From positions 584,704 to 648,703 of the forward strand of contig CAVRET010000002.1 in assembly GCA_963720265.1 (NCBI GenBank): DNA of 64,000 bases. The letters run 5' to 3'. Shown piece by piece: positions 59,156 through 64,000 of this stretch; within the stretch, counting starts at the first letter, position 1, and each line of letters begins with the position of its first letter. The position numbers and the translations under genes are program-made. The notes beneath the pieces were generated by a model. That model was not told the origin of the DNA, ran no database searches, and saw nothing but the letters and a program-made list of their open reading frames with translations. Source of the DNA: an uncultured bacterium (GTDB lineage Bacteria > Patescibacteriota > Saccharimonadia > UBA4664).

Positions 59156-60448
59156 ATGGCCACCAAATTGATTGAAAAACTTGCAAAGCTACGTCAGCCC
59201 GGCAGTAGTCAGCGCTATCTGGTAGCACTCGATATTGGTACCGAATTCGTGAAAGCGCTCATCGGCGAGGTCAAGTTTGATCCCGCTTCGGGTGCACCGT
59301 CGCAGGTCGAAATCATTGGCGTCGGCCGCCAACGCCAACGCCTTACCGATATGCAAGGCGGTGCCGTTACCGACATTACCGGTGTGGTCGAAAATTGTGA
59401 CGCCGCGCTCAAACTAGCCGAACGCATGGCCGGAGTGGTGGCCAAAGACGTGGTCATCGGAATCGCCGGCGAGCTGGTGAAAGGCGCCTCCACGATCGTC
59501 CGCTACCGCCGCGCCCAACCCAGTACACCCATTGACATGCCGGAGCTGCGCAAAATCCTCGACCGCGTCCAATATCGCGCTTTTGAGCGCGCCAGAGAGC
59601 AACTCACCTGGGAAACAGGCTACAAAGAGCTCGAGGTGAAGCTCGTCAACACCGCCATCGTTGATGTCCAGATCGACGGCTACCGTGTTACCAACCCCAT
59701 TGGCTTCCAGGGCAAAGATGTCTCCATTCAGCTTTTCAACGCCTTCGCCCCCATGGTCCATCTTGGTGCGCTCCAAACTGTCGCCGCTGACCTCGACCTC
59801 AACCTTATTAATATCGCGGCCGAGCCGTTTGCTGTGGCCAAATCCGTCGGCGGCCAGGACACTAGTGAGTTCTCGGCCATCTTTATCGACATCGGCGGCG
59901 GCACCACCGACATCGCGCTCGTCAATAACGGGGGAGTGGAAGGCACCAAAATGTTCGCTATCGGCGGCCGAGCCTTTACCAAGCGCATCGCCCAGGTAGC
60001 CAACATTAGTTTTGAAAAAGCCGAAGAAATGAAAATCGCTTATGGCACGGAAAAGCTTGGTCCGAAATCAGTGTCTGCGGTCGAAGAGGCCGTTAATGCC
60101 GACATACAGGTCTGGCTATCCGGTGTAGAATTGAGTCTCGCCGAATTCGACCGCGTCGACCACCTGCCGGCCAAAATCCTGCTCTGCGGCGGCGGCACTG
60201 GCCTGCCCCAGATCGTGGCCGCACTCAAGGGCAAAAATTGGTACAAAAACCTGCCGTTTGCCAGAAAGCCGGTCGTCAACCACATCTCGCCTTCAGAAGT
60301 TAACCGCGTTATCGACAAAACCGGCAAGCTCACGAGCTTTGCCGACATCACGCCGATGGGTCTGGCCAACCTCGGTCTTGACCAAGTCGGCGGCGAAACC
60401 ACCACCGACACCCTCATGCGCAAACTCGCCCGCGCCATCGCTAATTAA
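59156..60448 (+). CDS. FtsA-like actin-fold ATPase
   Basis: ALDIGTEFVK, AEPFA, IDIGGGTTD, GGRAFT, LCGGG. Confidence 0.85.
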   Translation: MATKLIEKLAKLRQPGSSQRYLVALDIGTEFVKALIGEVKFDPASGAPSQVEIIGVGRQRQRLTDMQGGAVTDITGVVENCDAALKLAERMAGVVAKDVVIGIAGELVKGASTIVRYRRAQPSTPIDMPELRKILDRVQYRAFERAREQLTWETGYKELEVKLVNTAIVDVQIDGYRVTNPIGFQGKDVSIQLFNAFAPMVHLGALQTVAADLDLNLINIAAEPFAVAKSVGGQDTSEFSAIFIDIGGGTTDIALVNNGGVEGTKMFAIGGRAFTKRIAQVANISFEKAEEMKIAYGTEKLGPKSVSAVEEAVNADIQVWLSGVELSLAEFDRVDHLPAKILLCGGGTGLPQIVAALKGKNWYKNLPFARKPVVNHISPSEVNRVIDKTGKLTSFADITPMGLANLGLDQVGGETTTDTLMRKLARAIAN

Positions 60449-60537
60449 GCAAATATAAAGTCTCATAACACACGCCCCGCCTTCCGGCCGGGCGCATGTC
60501 CAAGCGGAAAACGGGGAAATCGCAGGAGGCCCGGCGC

Positions 60538-61168
60538 CTACGCAGGGCGGCGGCGTTGGGTGTAAAAGCCAAAAGCACAATTCGCACCCATAAACAGGAA
60601 CGAAAGGTGCCCGGTGATGAAGTGCCAGAAGCCAATCAGTACAGCCTCCCACAGGGGCGCACCCAGCTGCGACGACTGAGTGGGCGGGGCCCACACCTGT
60701 GCGGTGGTATTGGCGGACGACTCCGTGTTTGTGTTGCCCAAATCAACACTGGTCGTGTTGTTGGTAACGGTGACCACGCCTACCTCAGCGGCCGGTTGGC
60801 CGTCGGGCGTTGTGCCGGTGATGCGGCCTATGCACACCTGCACCAGCGTGGACTGCCGAGGCGGCTGGAACGACCACAAGTCTCCAAGGGCCCGGCGCCA
60901 AGGTGACATCCTGGAGTTGGCTGGAAGTCCCGGCCAGTACATGCGCCGGTTTGTAACCCGGGAGCATCCTGAACGTCACAGACTGGCGTGACAGTGCATA
61001 GCTGAACATCGAAGTCCTGCCGGTCATCGGACTTCCGGTTATGTGCAACGCAAAACTCACCTGACCCGCACCGCATTCGGCTTCACCGGCTAGGGCCGGT
61101 CGAGCCGCGCCAAGGATTACTCCGATTGCGACCAGCGGTATCGGCAACACCCAACCCCAGCGCCTCAT
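60538..61168 (-). pseudogene. secreted/anchored orphan, possibly split by a frameshift
   Basis: 61168 start has GAGGAGG SD and a signal peptide (ORF ends at 60785). The overlapping frame 60538..60942 carries a T/N-rich linker and a hydrophobic C-terminus. Confidence 0.35.
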
Positions 61169-61269
61169 AGCGCCTCCTCTTCGGTGCTAGTGCTATTCGA
61201 GAAGAATCACAGATTATAGTAGCACGCCGCAGGATCAGCCTGACTATTGGGTCAAAAATTAAGACAAAA

Positions 61270-61798
61270 TTTTAGACCCAGCCCAGGAGTCGCAAGATCG
61301 CGACTCCTGGACATGGGCCTGTACACCGACTGCAAGGCCACAAGGCCGTCCCGGTGTTGACACCCGGGCGGGCGATGAGACACGCACGCCGGCGACAATG
61401 AAGCGTGCAATCAAGCGCGCTCAAAACTCTGTGCCGCCTGGGCCGATGCGGACAAACTCCTGCCCGCATCTGGTTGAGAAGCCCGGCGACTCCCCGCCTG
61501 TTAAGGTGGAAGTATTATGGAGATGCCGCCGTCAGGCCGGGTGCGGCGACGGCCTTGCGGCCTTAACCTGACGGCCCCGGCTAGCAGCCGGACGAAATCC
61601 AGCTGCGCACCTCCCGATGGTAGCGCGACCGAACTCCTGGCATCCCCTCCGGGGCGCCGGAAACACATCCGAGATTGATCAGCGCTAGATGCAGCGTGAT
61701 CCACTTGCCTGCGACAAGTGCTCCTGCATCCGCGGAGTGTTTCTGATTCGGCACCTAAAGTAGCGAGGGCACGCGTCCCGCTTGCGCGTGCCCTCGCC
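61270..61798 (-). ncRNA. putative large structured ncRNA (about 530 nt), class unknown
   Basis: Extended -10 TGcTAGCAT (61810-61802); 13-bp 5' hairpin; GGCC-GCAA-GGCC; long-range helices; 11-bp 3' hairpin at 61283-61310. Confidence 0.55.
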
Positions 61799-61913
61799 TT
61801 CATGCTAGCACGAAAATTGCACCCGTAAAGATAAAAACAAAATCCGGTGCTCGCAACACCAGCTAGAGCGTCAAGCACAAGCACGGTCGCGCCAATTATG
61901 GTAGGCTTAGAGC

Positions 61914-63626
61914 ATGCAGGATTCTGCACTCTACCTCGAAGCCGACGAAGACATTACCTCCGCCATCGATAAGCTCAGCAAAGCCCCCGGCAATGCTGTG
62001 CAGATTGTGGTACCCAAGCGCTCAACCATGCTGCAAAGCATTATTAATCTAAAGCTGCTCAAGAAGGCTGCCGAGTCTCACCATAAGAATCTTGTACTCG
62101 TTACTGGTGACAAAATCGCCTCTGAGTTGGCTTCACGCGTGGGTCTGGCCGTAGCGCCCAGCCTAGGCGCCAAAGCCGTGCTTGGCGCTGCCGAAACTCC
62201 AGCCAAATTACAAACGAACGAAGAGGTGATCGAGGCCGATGACCCCCCGCCACCACCCCCGGCACCGGAGCCGACCCCTCCAAAGCCAAAAGGCCCACCG
62301 CTACTAAGGCGCCGCGAGCTCTCAGACACACCGGCACCTCCGCCGCCGTCTCCAGCTGGACCCGAACCCGAGCCGGCCGAGTCACCGTCCACGGATGCTA
62401 AACCGGCTGCGGCGAAGTCGAGCGGAGCAAGCGTACCGAAGATCCCGAATTTCAATATTTTCCAAAAGCGCCTCGGCTGGGTTGCGCTGGTGGTGGTCGT
62501 TATTATCGCGTACTTCGTCTTTATGGCGTTTTTCACCAGCGCCAAGGTTACGCTCTACGCCCAAGGCACCCAATCAACTATTGATACGAGTTTCGCAATT
62601 GATACATCTGCGCAAACCTCCGACTCGGCCAATGCCGTACTGGCCGGCCGCACGATTTCCGCCAGCAAGGATCTTTCCGGACCGTTTACGCCCACAGGCA
62701 CGCAAGACGTCGGTACCAAAGCCTCGGGCACCATGACGATCTTCAACTCGTACGACGAAAACCCGCACACGCTGGTGTCCGGCACACGCTTCCAGGCGCC
62801 CGACGGCACGGTCTTTCTCTCAACAGCCGATGCCACAGTGCCGGGTGCAACACTGAGCTTGTCCGGCGGCCATGTCTCGCTCAATCCAGGCCAAACCACG
62901 GTAAACGTCCAGGCTTCGGCCAATGGGGCTAACTTCAATGAATCCCCAGCTAGCTACACCATCCCCGGTCTCCCGGCCAGCGAGCAGTCGCAGCAAAACG
63001 GCATCTATGCCACCGGCGCTCAGATGTCTGGTGGTACCACCAAAACGATTACAGTTGTGGCCCAGTCCGACGTCAGCACCGCGCAAGCTGCCCTACTGCA
63101 AAAAGACGCCGGTAATGCCGGCTCCGAACTCAAGGCCGCCCTACCCAACGGTTACACCGAAATTGTTGCCTCCCAGTCCAGCTCCGCCTCGGCTGTAACC
63201 CCGTCGCCGGCTGTTGGCCAGCAGGCTGATACTGCCACGCTACAGCTCAAGGTTACTTACACCGTGCTAGCCGTCAAAACCAGCGATTACCAGGCCTTTG
63301 TAAATGCCGCCGAGCAAAAACAAATCGGCGCAAACAACCAGATTTACGACAACGGCCTCGGCTCGGCGCAACTCACATCGACCGGCCAAGATAGTTCCGG
63401 CCGCCCCACCTTCCACCTCAACACCACGGCCTTTAGCGGCGCCAAACTCAGCACCACGCAAGTCGCCTCGCAAATCAAAGGCAAGCGCTATGGCGACGCC
63501 GCCAGTTACGCCTCCGGCCTGCCGGGCGTGCAGCAAGCCACCATTAGCATCTGGCCGGCCTGGGCCTCGAGCTTACCTTCGAGCACGGGCAAAATTAAGG
63601 TTGTAATCCAAATCGCCAAACAATAG
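61914..63626 (+). CDS. CPR-type membrane protein with baseplate-J/gp47-like extracellular region
   Basis: N-terminal YLEADEDITSAIDKL...VVPKRS domain, Pro-rich linker, TM segment, KASGTMTIFN...LVSGTRF...V.VQAS..G..FN...MSGG. Confidence 0.7.
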   Translation: MQDSALYLEADEDITSAIDKLSKAPGNAVQIVVPKRSTMLQSIINLKLLKKAAESHHKNLVLVTGDKIASELASRVGLAVAPSLGAKAVLGAAETPAKLQTNEEVIEADDPPPPPPAPEPTPPKPKGPPLLRRRELSDTPAPPPPSPAGPEPEPAESPSTDAKPAAAKSSGASVPKIPNFNIFQKRLGWVALVVVVIIAYFVFMAFFTSAKVTLYAQGTQSTIDTSFAIDTSAQTSDSANAVLAGRTISASKDLSGPFTPTGTQDVGTKASGTMTIFNSYDENPHTLVSGTRFQAPDGTVFLSTADATVPGATLSLSGGHVSLNPGQTTVNVQASANGANFNESPASYTIPGLPASEQSQQNGIYATGAQMSGGTTKTITVVAQSDVSTAQAALLQKDAGNAGSELKAALPNGYTEIVASQSSSASAVTPSPAVGQQADTATLQLKVTYTVLAVKTSDYQAFVNAAEQKQIGANNQIYDNGLGSAQLTSTGQDSSGRPTFHLNTTAFSGAKLSTTQVASQIKGKRYGDAASYASGLPGVQQATISIWPAWASSLPSSTGKIKVVIQIAKQ

Positions 63627-63635
63627 GGGGACGGC

Positions 63636-64000
63636 ATGCGCAAATTCCTTGGTATTGATTATGGTGCTCGCCGCATCGGACTAGCCGTGGGCGACGACGA
63701 AACAAAGCTCGCCCGCCCGCTCGCAACCGTTGGCGCACCCGAGCTGGCTGACACGATTAAGCGCGAAGGCCCATTCGCCGCCGTGGTGGTGGGCCTGCCG
63801 CGCAATCTCGACGGCGCCGACACGCCGCAGACCCTGGCCGTCCGCCGTTTCACCGACGACGTCCTCTGGCGCACGCATCACATCGAGGCTGTTTACCAGG
63901 ATGAAGCCGCCACCTCTCAGGTCGCGGAAGAGCAGCTCAAAGAGTCGGGCAAGCCCTACACCAAGGCCGATATCGACGCCGAAGCTGCCACCATCATTTT
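63636..64000 (+). CDS. ruvX: RuvX/YqgF nuclease (3'-truncated by window)
   Basis: MRKFLGIDYGARRIGLAVGD...VVGLP...QDE..TS...DIDAEAA. Confidence 0.88.
   Translation, partial: MRKFLGIDYGARRIGLAVGDDETKLARPLATVGAPELADTIKREGPFAAVVVGLPRNLDGADTPQTLAVRRFTDDVLWRTHHIEAVYQDEAATSQVAEEQLKESGKPYTKADIDAEAATII

Overview
A GC-rich bacterial chromosome window whose gene content points to Patescibacteria/CPR, probably Saccharibacteria-like. The supporting features are a short AlaRS lacking the C-Ala domain, an FtsA-like/baseplate-J-like/ruvX block, a G5-Rpf protein, a pilin-like protein and many orphans; this assignment is inferred, not tested. The housekeeping backbone is mostly on the + strand: pyk, pgk, tpiA, intein-split pcrA, pyrH, rsmA, metG, tatD, iscS, mnmA, alaS, ftsA-like and ruvX, with tRNA-Glu on the - strand. 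Single-gene orphan cassettes with their own promoter, Shine-Dalgarno (SD) site and GC-rich hairpin are scattered through it. The most notable observations are four. (1) Four 0.4-0.6 kb, highly base-paired, apparently non-coding transcription units lie on the minus strand (9591-10076, 10125-10740, 57576-57991, 61270-61798), each with a sigma70-like promoter and a 3' hairpin; none matches an RNA class I recognise. (2) Two copies of a TasA-like subunit + SipW-type peptidase operon occur, and each peptidase is fused to a second internal SipW-type signal peptide and a Cys-bracketed, Asn/Ser/Thr-rich tail. (3) Core genes look leaderless while orphans are SD-led. (4) The PcrA intein has a GIY-YIG-like rather than LAGLIDADG insert. 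All family assignments come from motif recognition by eye; no searches were run.
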